NCBI GenBank assembly: GCA_022545455.1
Contig: JACZQZ010000003.1
Location: forward strand, 1 to 52,570
Source of the DNA: Pseudomonadota bacterium
GTDB taxonomy: Bacteria > Pseudomonadota > Alphaproteobacteria > Rhodospirillales > 2-02-FULL-58-16
Length of the DNA: 52,570 bases
Direction of reading: 5' to 3'
Positions 35,362-47,460 of this stretch are shown piece after piece. Each line of letters starts with the position of its first letter. The stretch's first letter is position 1. The notes below the pieces were generated by a model. It did not search any database. It worked only from the letters and a program-made list of their open reading frames with translations, and was not told the origin of the DNA. Made by a program: the position numbers and the translations under genes.

Positions 35362-36978
35362 ATGAGACGTCTGTATTCGAAAATCGCCATTTCCGCGGTG
35401 GTGGGGGCCGTCCTCGCCATCGGTGGGCTCGGCGCGGCACAGGCCCAGAAGGTCAAGAGGGGCGGAGTCCTCAACCTGGTGGTCGGCTCGAAGATCCCGT
35501 CCTATGACGGCCACGTCGAATCGACATTCGGGATGATCCATCCCATCCGGCCCTTCTACAGCCTGCTGATCCGGATCAATCCCGACAACCCGCAGTCGCC
35601 GACCGACTTCGTCTGCGACCTGTGCAAAGGCAAGGTGCCGACGGGCACGGACGGAGGCAAGACGTACACCTTCAAGATCCGCAGTGGCGTGCAGTTCCAC
35701 GACGGCACGCCGCTGACGGCGCAGGACATCGTCGCCACCTACAAGAAGATCATGTTCCCGCCGAAGGGAATCGCCAGCAGCCGCAAGGCGTTCTTCATGA
35801 TGGTGGACTCGGTGAGCGCGCCGGATGACTTCACCGTCGTCTTCAAGCTGAAATTCCCGTCGGGGGCCTTCATCCCGTCCGTGGCGACGCCGTTCAACTT
35901 TGTCTATTCGAAGAAGGACCTGGATACCCACGGCTACACCTGGCACAAGAAGAACATCAACGGCACCGGCGCCTTCCGCTTCGTGCAGCACCAGCCGGGA
36001 TCGTTCGTCGAGGGCAAGGCGTACGATCGCTATCACCACATCGGCAAGCCCTATCTGGACGGCTACAAGGCGATCTCCGCGCCCAAGATGGCGCTCCGGC
36101 TCCAGGCCATCCGCGGCGACCGGGCGTCCATCGAGTTCCGCGGCTTCCCGCCGAAGGCCCGTGACGACCTGGTGAAGGCCCTGGGCGACAAGATCACGGT
36201 GCAGGAGAGCGACTGGAACTGCGTGCTCCTGTTCACGCCGAACCAGAAGCGCAAGCCCTTCGACGACGTCCGCGTGCGCAAGGCGCTCAACCTGGCGGTC
36301 GACCGCTGGGGCGGCTCCAAGTATCTTTCGAAAATCGCCATCGTGAAGACGGTGGGCGGGGTGGTGTTCCCCGGTCACCCGCTGGCGGCGACCAAGGCCG
36401 AACTGGTCAAGCTCACGGGCTTCGGCACGGACCTCAAGAAGAACAGGGCCGAGGCCAGGCGGCTGCTCAAGGAAGCGGGCGTCAAGGAGGGATTTACCTT
36501 CGACTTCTCCAACCGCGGCGTCGACCAGCCCTACAAGGTGGTGGGGACCTGGCTCGTCGGCCAGTGGAAGAAGATCGGCCTCGTGGCCAAGCAGCGGGTA
36601 CAACCGTCGGGGCCCTTCTATAATACGCTTCGCAAGACCGGTGACTTCGATGTGTCGATCGACTTCAACTGCCAGTCCGTGATCAACCCGATTGCCGACG
36701 TCACCAAATTCCTGGGCAGCTCCGGCAGCAATTACGGCCATTACGATGACCCGGTGCTCGAGAAAATCTACGACAGGCTGCTGCGTGCCGAAACGGCATC
36801 GGACCAGCGCAAAATTATGCGCGAGTATGAGAATCGGGCCATCAACGAGATGGCCCACCTGGGTATTACGCTCTGGTGGTACAAGATCAACCCGCACCGC
36901 TCCTATGTGAAGGGGTGGAAGATCGCGCCCAGCCATTACCTGAACCAGTCTCTCGACCAGATCTGGCTGGACAAGTAG
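35362..36978 (+). CDS. Peptide ABC transporter substrate-binding protein (family 5)
   Basis: Signal peptide, [34 protein letters not shown]. Confidence 0.93.
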   Translation: MRRLYSKIAISAVVGAVLAIGGLGAAQAQKVKRGGVLNLVVGSKIPSYDGHVESTFGMIHPIRPFYSLLIRINPDNPQSPTDFVCDLCKGKVPTGTDGGKTYTFKIRSGVQFHDGTPLTAQDIVATYKKIMFPPKGIASSRKAFFMMVDSVSAPDDFTVVFKLKFPSGAFIPSVATPFNFVYSKKDLDTHGYTWHKKNINGTGAFRFVQHQPGSFVEGKAYDRYHHIGKPYLDGYKAISAPKMALRLQAIRGDRASIEFRGFPPKARDDLVKALGDKITVQESDWNCVLLFTPNQKRKPFDDVRVRKALNLAVDRWGGSKYLSKIAIVKTVGGVVFPGHPLAATKAELVKLTGFGTDLKKNRAEARRLLKEAGVKEGFTFDFSNRGVDQPYKVVGTWLVGQWKKIGLVAKQRVQPSGPFYNTLRKTGDFDVSIDFNCQSVINPIADVTKFLGSSGSNYGHYDDPVLEKIYDRLLRAETASDQRKIMREYENRAINEMAHLGITLWWYKINPHRSYVKGWKIAPSHYLNQSLDQIWLDK

Positions 36979-37059
36979 CGGCGGCCAAATAAACCGAACC
37001 GGCCCCCCGCCCGCCGCCTTTCCGGTGGCGGGCGGGACTGCCGGCGCGGCGAACAGGCG

Positions 37060-38031
37060 ATGTATAAATACATAGTCAAGCGCGTGCTGCTGATGATCCC
37101 GACCCTGATCGGGGCGGCCGTGCTCGTTTTTTTCATTTTGCGCCTGATTCCCGGCGACGTTTGCGAGTTGCGTCTCGCCGGTTCCGGCTTATACGCCGAC
37201 CCGGCGGAAATCGAACTGTGCCGGACCAATCTGGGCCTCAACGACCCCATTCCCGTTCAGTTCGCCGATTTCGTCTGGGGGTTCTTCATTCTCGATCTCG
37301 GCGATTCCATGTGGACGGGCAAGCCCATCACTTTCGAGATCGGACTCCGTTTCCAGCTGTCGCTGCAAGTCGCGTTCATGGCCACCTTCGTCGCCGTGCT
37401 CATATCGATCCCCCTGGGCACGATCTCGGCCATCAAGCAGGATACCTGGATCGATTACGTGGTCCGGGTATTCAGCATCGCCGGAATCGCCATACCGTCC
37501 TTCTGGCTCGGCATCATGATCATTTTGGGACTGTTGATCGCCACGCAGAAGTTTTTAGGCACGCCCTGGATGCCGCCCATCGAATACGTGTCGCCCCTCG
37601 AGGACCCGCTGGGCAACATGGCCCAGCTGATATGGCCGTCGGTGGCCACCGGGTACCGGTATTCGGCGGTCGCCACCCGCATGACCCGTTCGGCGCTCCT
37701 GGAAGTGCTGCGCGAGGATTACATCCGCACGGCGCGGGCCAAGGGTTTGCTGGAGAAGGTCATCATCAACCGCCATGCGCTGAAGAACTCGCTCCTGCCG
37801 GTGGTTACCGTCATCGGCATCGAGTTCGCGTTTCTCATGGGCGGGCTTGTCGTCACCGAACAGGTGTTCAACCTGAACGGCCTGGGCAAGCTGTTCGTCG
37901 AATCGGTGCTTAACAACGATTATACCATGACCCAGGCGCTGGTTATGATCGTGGTCGCGGTGTTCGTGTTCACCAATTTCGTGGTCGACCTGTTCTATGC
38001 CTGGCTCGACCCGCGCATCCGCTACGGCTGA
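37060..38031 (+). CDS. Peptide ABC transporter permease (DppB-like)
   Basis: RMTRS.LLEVLREDYIRTARAKGL...RHALKN, LDPRIR. Confidence 0.94.
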   Translation: MYKYIVKRVLLMIPTLIGAAVLVFFILRLIPGDVCELRLAGSGLYADPAEIELCRTNLGLNDPIPVQFADFVWGFFILDLGDSMWTGKPITFEIGLRFQLSLQVAFMATFVAVLISIPLGTISAIKQDTWIDYVVRVFSIAGIAIPSFWLGIMIILGLLIATQKFLGTPWMPPIEYVSPLEDPLGNMAQLIWPSVATGYRYSAVATRMTRSALLEVLREDYIRTARAKGLLEKVIINRHALKNSLLPVVTVIGIEFAFLMGGLVVTEQVFNLNGLGKLFVESVLNNDYTMTQALVMIVVAVFVFTNFVVDLFYAWLDPRIRYG

Positions 38032-38043
38032 GAGGAACACTCG

Positions 38044-38946
38044 ATGGCAGTCGTGTCAGGAGTCCCGGTCGAAGCCGGATTGGAGCAAATTGCCCCGGCA
38101 AAGCCCTGGCACGCGGTCGCCATCGACCTGACCCGCAGATATCCGTTAGGCACGGGCGGGGCGGTTATCGTGGTGGTCATGATCGTGCTGGCGGTCTTCG
38201 CCGATGTGCTGTCGCCCTACGATCCGGAAGAGAACGCCTTCGAGTTCATGTTGACGCCGCCCGGGTACCAATTCTGGATGGGGACGGACCAGTTCGGACG
38301 CGACATCCTGACCCGACTCGTGTACGGCGCCCGTACCGCCCTCTTCGTCGGCTTCTCATGCGCGTTCATCGGCGCCTTCACCGGACTCGTCCTGGGCGTC
38401 GCCAGCGCCTATTTCGGCGGCCGCTTCGACCTCATCTTCCAGCGCGTCATGGACGTCTTCATGGCCTTTCCGTTGATCATCATGGCCCTGGCCGTGGTTT
38501 CCATCTTCGGCACCGGCACCCAGAACGTGATCATCGCCATCACCATTCCGTTCATCCCGCGCTGCGCCCGCGTGGTCCGTTCCAGCGCCCTCGCCATTCG
38601 CGAGATCCCTTACGTGGACGCCGCCCGGGCTTGCGGTTTCAGCGACGCCCGGATCATTCTCCGCCACATGGTGCCCAATGTGATGGCGCCCTTCCTGATC
38701 ATGATCAGCGCTTTCGTCGGGCAGGCGATCCTGCTCGAGGCGTCGCTGTCGTACCTCGGACTGGGCGTCCAGGAGCCGACGCCGGCATGGGGCCTGATGC
38801 TCCAGGGCGGCGCCGAGGAATACGCGGAAAGCGCGCCGTGGGTGGCGATCTGGCCGGGCATCGCCATCAGCCTCGCGGTTTTCGGATTCAACCTGTTCGG
38901 CGACGCCCTGCGCGACGCCCTCGATCCCAAACTGCGCTCGCAATAG
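38044..38946 (+). CDS. Peptide ABC transporter permease (DppC-like)
   Basis: GTDQFGRDIL.R, RH..PNV..P, EASLSYLGLG, FNLFGDALRDALDP. Confidence 0.94.
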   Translation: MAVVSGVPVEAGLEQIAPAKPWHAVAIDLTRRYPLGTGGAVIVVVMIVLAVFADVLSPYDPEENAFEFMLTPPGYQFWMGTDQFGRDILTRLVYGARTALFVGFSCAFIGAFTGLVLGVASAYFGGRFDLIFQRVMDVFMAFPLIIMALAVVSIFGTGTQNVIIAITIPFIPRCARVVRSSALAIREIPYVDAARACGFSDARIILRHMVPNVMAPFLIMISAFVGQAILLEASLSYLGLGVQEPTPAWGLMLQGGAEEYAESAPWVAIWPGIAISLAVFGFNLFGDALRDALDPKLRSQ

Positions 38947-39012
38947 GGTTTTTTCCGAAAAGCTCCGCCACGTGCATGGCGCCCGCCGGCGAAATCGGGT
39001 AGATCGGCGGTG

Positions 39013-40110
39013 ATGGCGAGCATCGTCGTACACTTGGTCGGCGCGGCGCGGCCCAACTTCATGAAGGTGGCGCCGCTTTTCCACGTGCTTGGGCGCGAGG
39101 CATGGTGCCGGCCCGTCCTCATCCACACGGGCCAGCATTACGACGCCAACATGTCGGGCGACCTGTTCCGGGATCTTGGGCTGCCCGAGCCCGAGGTCTA
39201 CCTTGGCGTCGGCAGCGGGAGCCACGGCGAGCAGACGGCCGCCGTCATGGCCGCCTACGAACGTATTTGCCTTGAGAACCGGCCCGACTGGGTGGTCGTC
39301 GTCGGCGACGTCAACTCGACCATGGCCGCCGCCCTGGTCGCCGCCAAGCTGTGCATTCCCGTCGCCCATCTGGAAGCCGGCCTGCGCAGCCGGGACCGCA
39401 CCATGCCCGAAGAGATCAACCGCATCGTCACCGACGCGGTCGCGGACCTTCTGTGGACTCCGTCCGCGGACGCCGATGACAACCTTCTGGCCGAGGGCGT
39501 GGACGAGGACCGGATCGAGCGCGTCGGCAACATCATGATCGATTCCTACGAGCTGTTGCGCCCCGAGATCGAGCGCCGGGACACGCCGCGGCGGTTCGGC
39601 TTGTCGCCCGGCACATACGGGGTCGTCACCCTGCACCGGCCGTCCAACGTCGATGACGAACAGGCGCTCGGCACCCTGGTCGATCAGCTCCGGGGCGCGG
39701 CGGAACGCCTGCCCCTGGTCTTTTCGGTCCACCCGCGCACCCGGCACAGCCTTGACAAACACGGCCTGATGGAGCGGCTGTCCTCGGCCGATGGCCTGCG
39801 GCTGACGCCGCCGATGGGCTACATCGACTTCATGAGCCTGGTGCGCGAAGCCCGGCTCGTGATCACCGATTCCGGCGGCATCCAGGAGGAAACGACCTAT
39901 CTGGGCATCCCGTGCCTGACCCTGCGCGACACCACCGAGCGCCCGATCACCATCACCCAGGGGACCAACCGGCTGGTCCGCCCGGAGGACCTGCTGGACG
40001 CCACCGCCCGCGTCATGGCCGGCGACAGGCCAACATCCCGCTGCCCGGAGCTGTGGGACGGACAGACCGCGGGCCGGGTCGCCGCCAGCCTGAAGTCCCG
40101 CATAGCGTAA
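39013..40110 (+). CDS. wecB: UDP-N-acetylglucosamine 2-epimerase (non-hydrolysing)
   Basis: ARPNFMK, HTGQHYD, GDVNST, HLEAGLRS...MPEEINR, TDSGGIQEE. Confidence 0.93.
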   Translation: MASIVVHLVGAARPNFMKVAPLFHVLGREAWCRPVLIHTGQHYDANMSGDLFRDLGLPEPEVYLGVGSGSHGEQTAAVMAAYERICLENRPDWVVVVGDVNSTMAAALVAAKLCIPVAHLEAGLRSRDRTMPEEINRIVTDAVADLLWTPSADADDNLLAEGVDEDRIERVGNIMIDSYELLRPEIERRDTPRRFGLSPGTYGVVTLHRPSNVDDEQALGTLVDQLRGAAERLPLVFSVHPRTRHSLDKHGLMERLSSADGLRLTPPMGYIDFMSLVREARLVITDSGGIQEETTYLGIPCLTLRDTTERPITITQGTNRLVRPEDLLDATARVMAGDRPTSRCPELWDGQTAGRVAASLKSRIA

Positions 40111-40151
40111 TACCGAACGTCAGGACGACGGGGTCGTATCGACCTTCGGGA

Positions 40152-41060
40152 TCATTCCCCGGCCTTGGGCAGGACGCTTTTGGCGATTCCGGCGTCCAGC
40201 GCCTCATAGGCGTGGTAGTCGATGATCTCGTACAACTGTTCGCGGGTCTGCATGCGCCCGACCATCCCCTCGGTGCCGCCTTCGGCCTTGATGTGGGCGT
40301 AGAGATCCTCGACGGCGCGGGCGGCGACCCTGAGCGAGGACGCCGGCCAGATGACGATGCGAAAGCCGAAGTCCTGGAACTGCCGCGCCGTGAAGTGGGG
40401 GGTGCGGCCGAACTCCGTCATGTTGGCCAGCAGCGGCGCGTCCACGGCGCGCACGAAGGCGCGGAAGTCGTCTTCCGAGGCCAGGGCCTCGGGGAACACG
40501 ATGTCCGCCCCGGCCTCCAGGTACAGCCGTCCCCTGGCGATGGCACCCTCCAGGCCGTCGGCGGCCGCGTCCGTGCGCGCGATGATGCGCAAGTGGCTGC
40601 GCGCCCGCCGCGCCGCCTGCACCTTCGCCGCCATGTCCTCGGGCGGGATCAGCCGCTTGTCGCTGAGGTGGCCGCACTTCTTGGGCAGCATCTGGTCCTC
40701 GATCTGCACGGCGGCCGCCCCCGCCGCCTCCAATTCACGCACCGTGCGCATGACGTTGATCACCTCGCCATAGCCCGTATCGCCGTCCACGATCAGGGGC
40801 AGATCTGTGGCGCGGAAGATGGCGCGGACAAAGAAGCACAGCTCCTCCAACGTCATCACGCCGAGGTCCGGCAGGGCCAGGCTGGCCGTCAGCGCGCCGC
40901 CGGAAACATAGAGGGCCTGGAACCCCGCCCGCTTGGCGAGGAGGCCGGCAAGCGGGTTGTGGGCGCCCGGCACCTGCAGGATCTCCGGCCTTTCCATCAG
41001 CGCCGCCAGCCGCTCGCCGGGCGGGCGCGACTCCCTGCCTTGTCCCTCCAACCAGGTCAT
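40152..41060 (-). CDS. prpB: 2-methylisocitrate lyase
   Basis: DGDTGYG, IEDQ..PKKCGH, ARTDA, LANMTEFGRTP, RMQTR..LY. Confidence 0.9.
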   Translation of the reverse strand: MTWLEGQGRESRPPGERLAALMERPEILQVPGAHNPLAGLLAKRAGFQALYVSGGALTASLALPDLGVMTLEELCFFVRAIFRATDLPLIVDGDTGYGEVINVMRTVRELEAAGAAAVQIEDQMLPKKCGHLSDKRLIPPEDMAAKVQAARRARSHLRIIARTDAAADGLEGAIARGRLYLEAGADIVFPEALASEDDFRAFVRAVDAPLLANMTEFGRTPHFTARQFQDFGFRIVIWPASSLRVAARAVEDLYAHIKAEGGTEGMVGRMQTREQLYEIIDYHAYEALDAGIAKSVLPKAGE

Positions 41061-41116
41061 GGTCTCAAACTCCTGCGCCGGCCGCCGCCGTGCCGGCCCT
41101 TTGCCAATGTTCAGTA

Positions 41117-42052
41117 TTAATCGGGCGGCACCGCGCCCGTGCGCTCGGCGATCAGGCGGTAATGCTCGGTTCGCCTGTGGGCGGCGAAATTGAACACGGT
41201 CTCCTTGATGAAGGCGCAATCGTCGAGATCGCATTCGGCCGTGATCAGCTCGTCGTCCAGGGTTTCGCAGCGGGCCACGATCTCGCCGGTGGGCGCGATG
41301 ATGACGCTGCCGCCCAACATGGGATGGCCGTCCTCGGTGCCGGCCTTGGCCACGCCGACCACCCAGGTACCGTTCTGGTACGCCCCGGCCTGCATGGACA
41401 GGTCACTGTGGAACATGCGCAGGTTTTCGGGCTCGTCGGAGAGCGCGTTCTCGGTCGGGGTGTTGTAGCCGAGGAGGACCATCTCGACGCCCTGCAACCC
41501 CATGACGCGGTAGGTCTCGGGCCAGCGGCGGTCGTTGCAGATGCACATGCCGAAGACGCCGCCCAGGGTGCGCCACACCGGAAAGCCCAGATCGCCGACC
41601 TCGAAATAGCGTTTTTCCAGGTGTTGGAATTTCCTCTCGGGGTCGTATTCGGCGTGCCCGGGAAGGTGCACCTTGCGGTACTTGCCGACGATCGTCCCCG
41701 TCTTGTCGACCAGGATCGCGGTGTTGTAGCGGCGCACCCCGCCCGCCTCTTCGGCCAGCTCGGCATAGCCGAGGCTGAACCCCAGCCCCATGGCGCGGGC
41801 CGCATCGAACAAGGGCTGGGTTTCCGGGCCCGGCATTTCCCGTTCGAACCAGGAATCGATCTCCGCCTGGTCCTCCATGTACCACCGCGCAAAGAAGGTG
41901 GTCAGCGTGAGCTCGGGAAAGACGACCACGTCACAGCCCCGGGCGTGGGCCCGGGCCATGAGATCGAGCATGCGCCCGACGGCGACGGCCCGGCCGTCGC
42001 CGCGCTGAATGGGGCCCAGCTGCGCCGCCCCGACGGTGAGGACCCTCGACAT
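41117..42052 (-). CDS. N-carbamoyl-D-amino acid amidohydrolase (nitrilase superfamily)
   Basis: FPEL.LTTFF.RW, YRKVHLPGH, FQHLEKRYF, ICNDRRWPE.YRVMGLQG. Confidence 0.92.
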   Translation of the reverse strand: MSRVLTVGAAQLGPIQRGDGRAVAVGRMLDLMARAHARGCDVVVFPELTLTTFFARWYMEDQAEIDSWFEREMPGPETQPLFDAARAMGLGFSLGYAELAEEAGGVRRYNTAILVDKTGTIVGKYRKVHLPGHAEYDPERKFQHLEKRYFEVGDLGFPVWRTLGGVFGMCICNDRRWPETYRVMGLQGVEMVLLGYNTPTENALSDEPENLRMFHSDLSMQAGAYQNGTWVVGVAKAGTEDGHPMLGGSVIIAPTGEIVARCETLDDELITAECDLDDCAFIKETVFNFAAHRRTEHYRLIAERTGAVPPD

Positions 42053-42228
42053 CTCCTCCCCATCCCCGCCTCGAAATCCGGCCCGTGCCGACCCGGCGGA
42101 GTCTGGCAGCAACGGCCCGACCCTGTCGATGCATTTCTGCCGGGCGGCGGGGACCGGTCCTATGATTGGCGCGCGAGATCGATGCACCATTAATATTTCT
42201 TAACCTCCGCGGTGGTAGAACGGACACC

Positions 42229-43605
42229 ATGGAAGCCGTTGCCGTGCAATCGAATCTGACCGGCATCGCCATCGTCGTGCTGGCGGCGCTGCTGTGCGGC
42301 CTCGCCATGGAGCGGCTGCGCCAGCCCGCCATCGTCGGCTACATCCTGGCCGGGGTGCTTTTGGGACCCTCCGCCCTGGCCCTGGTGGAAAACCGCGACC
42401 AGGTCAACGTGCTGGCGGAACTGGGCGTGCTGATGCTGCTCTTCGTCGTCGGCATGGAGTTGTCCTTGCGCGTCTTCCGGCGGCTGTGGCGCCTGGCGGT
42501 GACCGCCACCCTTTTCCAGATCGGCGCCTCCACCGCGGTCATGCTGGTGTTGTCCAGGTTTTTCGGCTGGCCCCTCGGGCTGTCGCTCCTGTTCGGCTTC
42601 GTGGTGGCGCTGTCCAGCACCGCCGTCGCCATCAAGGTGCTGGACAACGTGGGCGAGCTGCGCACCCGGGCCGGGCGCATCACCATCGGCGTGCTGGTCG
42701 CCCAGGACCTGGCCGTGGTGCCCATGATGCTGGTCCTCGCCGCGGTGGCCGAGGGCCGCTTCGACTGGGTGGCGATGACCAAGATCGCGGCGTCGGTGGC
42801 GTTCCTCGCCGCCCTGATCTGGTTTTTGAGCAGCGGCCGCAAGGTGCGCCTGCCGTTGGCGGGCATGGTCGCCGGCCATATGGACCTGAGGCCGCTGGCG
42901 GCGGTGGCATTCTGCTTCGGAACGTCGGCGTTGTCGGGCCTGCTCGGGCTGTCGGCGGCCTATGGGGCGTTTCTCGCCGGGCTCATCATCGGCAACAGCA
43001 CCGAACGCCGTGTGATGGTCGAGGCCACCCGGCCCATACAAAGCATCCTGATGATGATCTTCTTCCTGTCCATCGGGCTGCTCATCGACCTTCCCTACAT
43101 CTGGGCCAACCTGGGCACCGTGCTGATGCTGTTCTTCCTGGTCACGGTGTTCAAGACGGCCCTGAACGTCGGCATCCTCAGGGCGTTGGGCCAGTCCTGG
43201 CAGCACGCCTTTCTGGCCGGCATCATGCTGGCCCAGATCGGCGAGTTCTCCTTCCTGCTGTCCATCGTCGGGGTCGAGCATGGGATCATCAGCCGCGCCG
43301 ACAGCCGCATCGTGGTGGCGGTGACGGCCATGAGCCTCGCCTTGAGCCCGCTGTGGGTGATCACCGCGCGGCGCCTGCGCGACCTGGCGGCGGCCGGCAT
43401 CACCTCCCTGGGCGAGATCCTGCGGCTGGTCTACAGGCCGGAAGTGGACATGGTCGCCGATACCCTGGACGAAACGCGCCTGTGGACGACGGTGACGACG
43501 CGCCGCGTCGGCGCGTTCTTCCGCCGGCGGCAGGAACGGTTGCGGGCCAGGGCGGCGGCCGCCAAGGGAAAGGCCGCCGTGCCCGCCAAAAGGTCCCATG
43601 CCTGA
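42229..43605 (+). CDS. Cation:proton antiporter (CPA2/KefB-like, no TrkA domain)
   Basis: GYILAG.LLGP, AELGV..LLF.VG.E, LSSTA, QDLAVVP, GAFLAG, QIGEFSF. Confidence 0.9.
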   Translation: MEAVAVQSNLTGIAIVVLAALLCGLAMERLRQPAIVGYILAGVLLGPSALALVENRDQVNVLAELGVLMLLFVVGMELSLRVFRRLWRLAVTATLFQIGASTAVMLVLSRFFGWPLGLSLLFGFVVALSSTAVAIKVLDNVGELRTRAGRITIGVLVAQDLAVVPMMLVLAAVAEGRFDWVAMTKIAASVAFLAALIWFLSSGRKVRLPLAGMVAGHMDLRPLAAVAFCFGTSALSGLLGLSAAYGAFLAGLIIGNSTERRVMVEATRPIQSILMMIFFLSIGLLIDLPYIWANLGTVLMLFFLVTVFKTALNVGILRALGQSWQHAFLAGIMLAQIGEFSFLLSIVGVEHGIISRADSRIVVAVTAMSLALSPLWVITARRLRDLAAAGITSLGEILRLVYRPEVDMVADTLDETRLWTTVTTRRVGAFFRRRQERLRARAAAAKGKAAVPAKRSHA

Positions 43606-44212
43606 CTTCACCCTGGAAGAGGCGGCCGGCGGCACAATCGCAGGGATCGACGAGGCGGGACGCGGCCCGTGGGCCGGCCCGGTGGTGGCGGGGGCCGTGA
43701 TCCTGGATCGTCGGACCTTGTGCGCGGACCTGCGCGACGGCCTCGACGATTCCAAGTTGCTGTCGCGGCCGAGGCGCGCCGGCCTGTACGAAATCCTGTG
43801 CCGGACGGCGCGCATCGGCATCGGCCGGGCCGAGGTGAGCGAGATCGACTCCGTCAACATCCTGGGCGCCACCATGCTGGCCATGGCGCGGTCCGTCAGC
43901 GCCCTCGGCGTCATCCCCGACCTGGCGCTGGTCGACGGCAACCGGAAGCCGGAGCTGCCCTGTCCGGTACAGTGCGTGGTCAAGGGGGACCGGCGCAGCC
44001 TTTCCATTGCCGCCGCCTCCATCGTCGCCAAGGTGAGCCGGGACGGCATCATGGCCGAGCTGGCCCAGGCCTTCCCGGGCTACGGCTGGGAACGCAACGC
44101 CGGCTATGGGACGCCCGAGCACCGCGCCGCCCTGGAGCGCCTGGGCGTGACCCCGCACCACCGCCGGAGCTTCGCGCCAATACACAAGATATTGCGCCGC
44201 GAGGCCGGCTGA
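43598..44212 (+). CDS. rnhB: Ribonuclease HII
   Basis: GIDEAGRGP.AGPVVA, DDSK.L, KGD.....IAAASI.AKV.RD, GY.T..H, HRRSF.P. Confidence 0.96.
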   Translation: MPDFTLEEAAGGTIAGIDEAGRGPWAGPVVAGAVILDRRTLCADLRDGLDDSKLLSRPRRAGLYEILCRTARIGIGRAEVSEIDSVNILGATMLAMARSVSALGVIPDLALVDGNRKPELPCPVQCVVKGDRRSLSIAAASIVAKVSRDGIMAELAQAFPGYGWERNAGYGTPEHRAALERLGVTPHHRRSFAPIHKILRREAG

Positions 44213-44228
44213 CTCCAAGATATTGATG
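44182..44228. promoter_or_regulatory. Tandem NrdR-box-like sites upstream of ccrM
   Basis: acaCAAGATATTGcgc (44182-44197) and ctcCAAGATATTGatg (44213-44228), 31 bp apart. Confidence 0.6.
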
Positions 44229-44262
44229 TACCGGTGGTTCGTAACCCATTGAATCCATTTAA

Positions 44263-45387
<1,125 letters not shown>

Positions 45388-45603
45388 GAACCCGCCGCGG
45401 CCCCGCGGCCCGGCTTCTTTCTCCTGATTCGCAGTAGGTGGCCGGCCCCCTCGGGCAATGTGTTCGCCTACGCGGCGGCGTCACCGGGTGGCCTGGGGCG
45501 CGGCGTCGGCCTCATGCGCGGCCAAGGCCTCTGGCCCACCGGGTTCGAAGGTGCAGAGCCCCTCGCCTATCGTCTGTCGGCGTGTCGTGCGTCCCTTTGG
45601 CCG

Positions 45604-46485
45604 CTAGCGCGTCGGCACCGGCTCGTCGCCCGTGTAGTCGTAGAAACCGCGGCCCGTCTTGCGGCCCAGCCAGCCGGCCTCGACGTACTTGACCAGCAGC
45701 GGACACGGCCGGTACTTGGTGTCGGCGAGGCCCTCGTGGAGCACGTTCATGACGGCAAGGCAGACGTCGAGTCCGATGAAATCGGCCAGCTCCAGCGGCC
45801 CCATGGGGTGGCGGGTCCCGAGCCGCATGGCGGTGTCGATGGCCTGCACCGAGCCGACGCCTTCATAGAGGGTGTAGACCGCCTCGTTGATCATCGGCAG
45901 CAGGAGCCGGTTGACGATGAAGGCGGGGAAGTCCTCGGCGTTGATCGGCTTCTTGCCCAGCTTCTTGACCACGTCGCGGATCACCTCGTAGGTGTCCGCG
46001 TCGGTGGTGATGCCGCGGATCAGCTCCACCAGTTCCATGACCGGCACCGGGTTCATGAAGTGCATGCCGACGAACTTGCCCGGCCTGTCCGTCCCGGCGG
46101 CGAGCCGCGTGATCGAAATGGACGACGTGTTGGAGGCAATGATCGTGTCGGGCCCGAGCACCGGGCAAAGCTTTTTCAGGATGTCCCTCTTGACCTGCTC
46201 GTCCTCGGTGGCGGCCTCGATGACCAGGTCGCAGGTCTTGAAGCCGTCGTACGCGATACCGGTCTCGATGCGGCTCAGCGCCGTATCTTTCTCCGATTCC
46301 GAGATCGTCCCCCTGCCCACCTGGCGCGACATGTTCTTCTCGATCGCCGCCATGGCCTTGTCCAGCTGTTCCGTGCCGAGGTCCGCCAGGTACACGTCGT
46401 AGCCGGCCAGCGCGCACACGTGGGCGATGCCGTTGCCCATCTGTCCGGCGCCGACGATGCCGATTTTTTTCAGTTCCGCAGGCAT
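45604..46485 (-). CDS. hbd: 3-hydroxybutyryl-CoA dehydrogenase
   Basis: [40 protein letters not shown]. Confidence 0.93.
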   Translation of the reverse strand: MPAELKKIGIVGAGQMGNGIAHVCALAGYDVYLADLGTEQLDKAMAAIEKNMSRQVGRGTISESEKDTALSRIETGIAYDGFKTCDLVIEAATEDEQVKRDILKKLCPVLGPDTIIASNTSSISITRLAAGTDRPGKFVGMHFMNPVPVMELVELIRGITTDADTYEVIRDVVKKLGKKPINAEDFPAFIVNRLLLPMINEAVYTLYEGVGSVQAIDTAMRLGTRHPMGPLELADFIGLDVCLAVMNVLHEGLADTKYRPCPLLVKYVEAGWLGRKTGRGFYDYTGDEPVPTR

Positions 46486-46521
46486 TCCAACCCCCCCTTG
46501 GTGTTGCCGTCCAGCCGGATG

Positions 46522-47460
46522 CTAGAGCTGCTTGTCCAGTTCCGCCGACAGCTCGGGCAGGGCCTTGAACAGGTCCGCCACCAGGCCGTAATCGGCGATT
46601 TGAAAGATCGGCGCGTCCTCGTCCTTGTTGATGGCGACGATGACCTTGCTGTCCTTCATCCCGGCCAGGTGCTGGATGGCGCCCGAGATGCCGACGGCGA
46701 CATAGAGGTCCGGCGCCACCACCTTGCCGGTCTGGCCCACCTGGTAGTCGTTGGGGACGAAGCCGGCGTCCACCGCCGCCCTGGAGGCGCCCACCGCGCC
46801 CCCGAGCTTGTCCGCGATCTCTTCGAGAAGCGCAAACTTCTCGCCGCTCTGCATGCCCCGCCCGCCCGAGATGACGACCCGCGCGCTGGTCAGTTCGGGC
46901 CGCTCGGACTTGGTGAGCTCGTGGCCGACGAAGCGGGAAAGTCCCGGGGCCTCGGCCGCCGGGATGTCCTCGATGGCCGCGTTGCCGCCGTCGGGCGCTA
47001 CCGCGTCGAAGGCGGTCCCGCGCACGGTGAGCACCTTGATGGCGTCGGCGCTTTGCACCGTGGCCAGGGCGTTGCCGGCGTAGATCGGGCGGACGAAGGT
47101 GTCCGCCCCCTCGATGCCGCTGACGTCCGAGATTTGCGCCACGTCGAGCAACGCCGCCACCCGCGGCATGAGGTTCTTGCCGAACGTGGTGGCGGGCGCC
47201 AGCAGGTGGCTGTAGGCGGACGCCAGTCCGGCGACCAGGGGCGCCAGGCTCTCGGCCAGGGGGTGGGCGTAGATTTCCGCGTCGGCGAGCAGCACGTTCG
47301 CGACCCCGGCCACCCCGGCCGCGGCCTCGGCGACGGCGCGGCATTCCGCGCCGGCCACCAGGACGCTCACCTCGCCCAGTTCGCCGCCCGCCGCCACGGT
47401 GTTCAGGGTGGCCGGCTTCAAGGCGTCGTTATCGTGTTCGGCGACGACCAGGATGCCCAT
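46522..47460 (-). CDS. etfA: Electron transfer flavoprotein alpha subunit
   Basis: [44 protein letters not shown]; ATG 47460 overlaps the etfB stop. Confidence 0.97.
   Translation of the reverse strand: MGILVVAEHDNDALKPATLNTVAAGGELGEVSVLVAGAECRAVAEAAAGVAGVANVLLADAEIYAHPLAESLAPLVAGLASAYSHLLAPATTFGKNLMPRVAALLDVAQISDVSGIEGADTFVRPIYAGNALATVQSADAIKVLTVRGTAFDAVAPDGGNAAIEDIPAAEAPGLSRFVGHELTKSERPELTSARVVISGGRGMQSGEKFALLEEIADKLGGAVGASRAAVDAGFVPNDYQVGQTGKVVAPDLYVAVGISGAIQHLAGMKDSKVIVAINKDEDAPIFQIADYGLVADLFKALPELSAELDKQL

Noticed and set aside
42190-42205. CtrA box upstream of the CPA2-rnhB-ccrM genes
   Set aside because: Spacing is TTAA-N6-TTAAC rather than the canonical N7; at best a half-site
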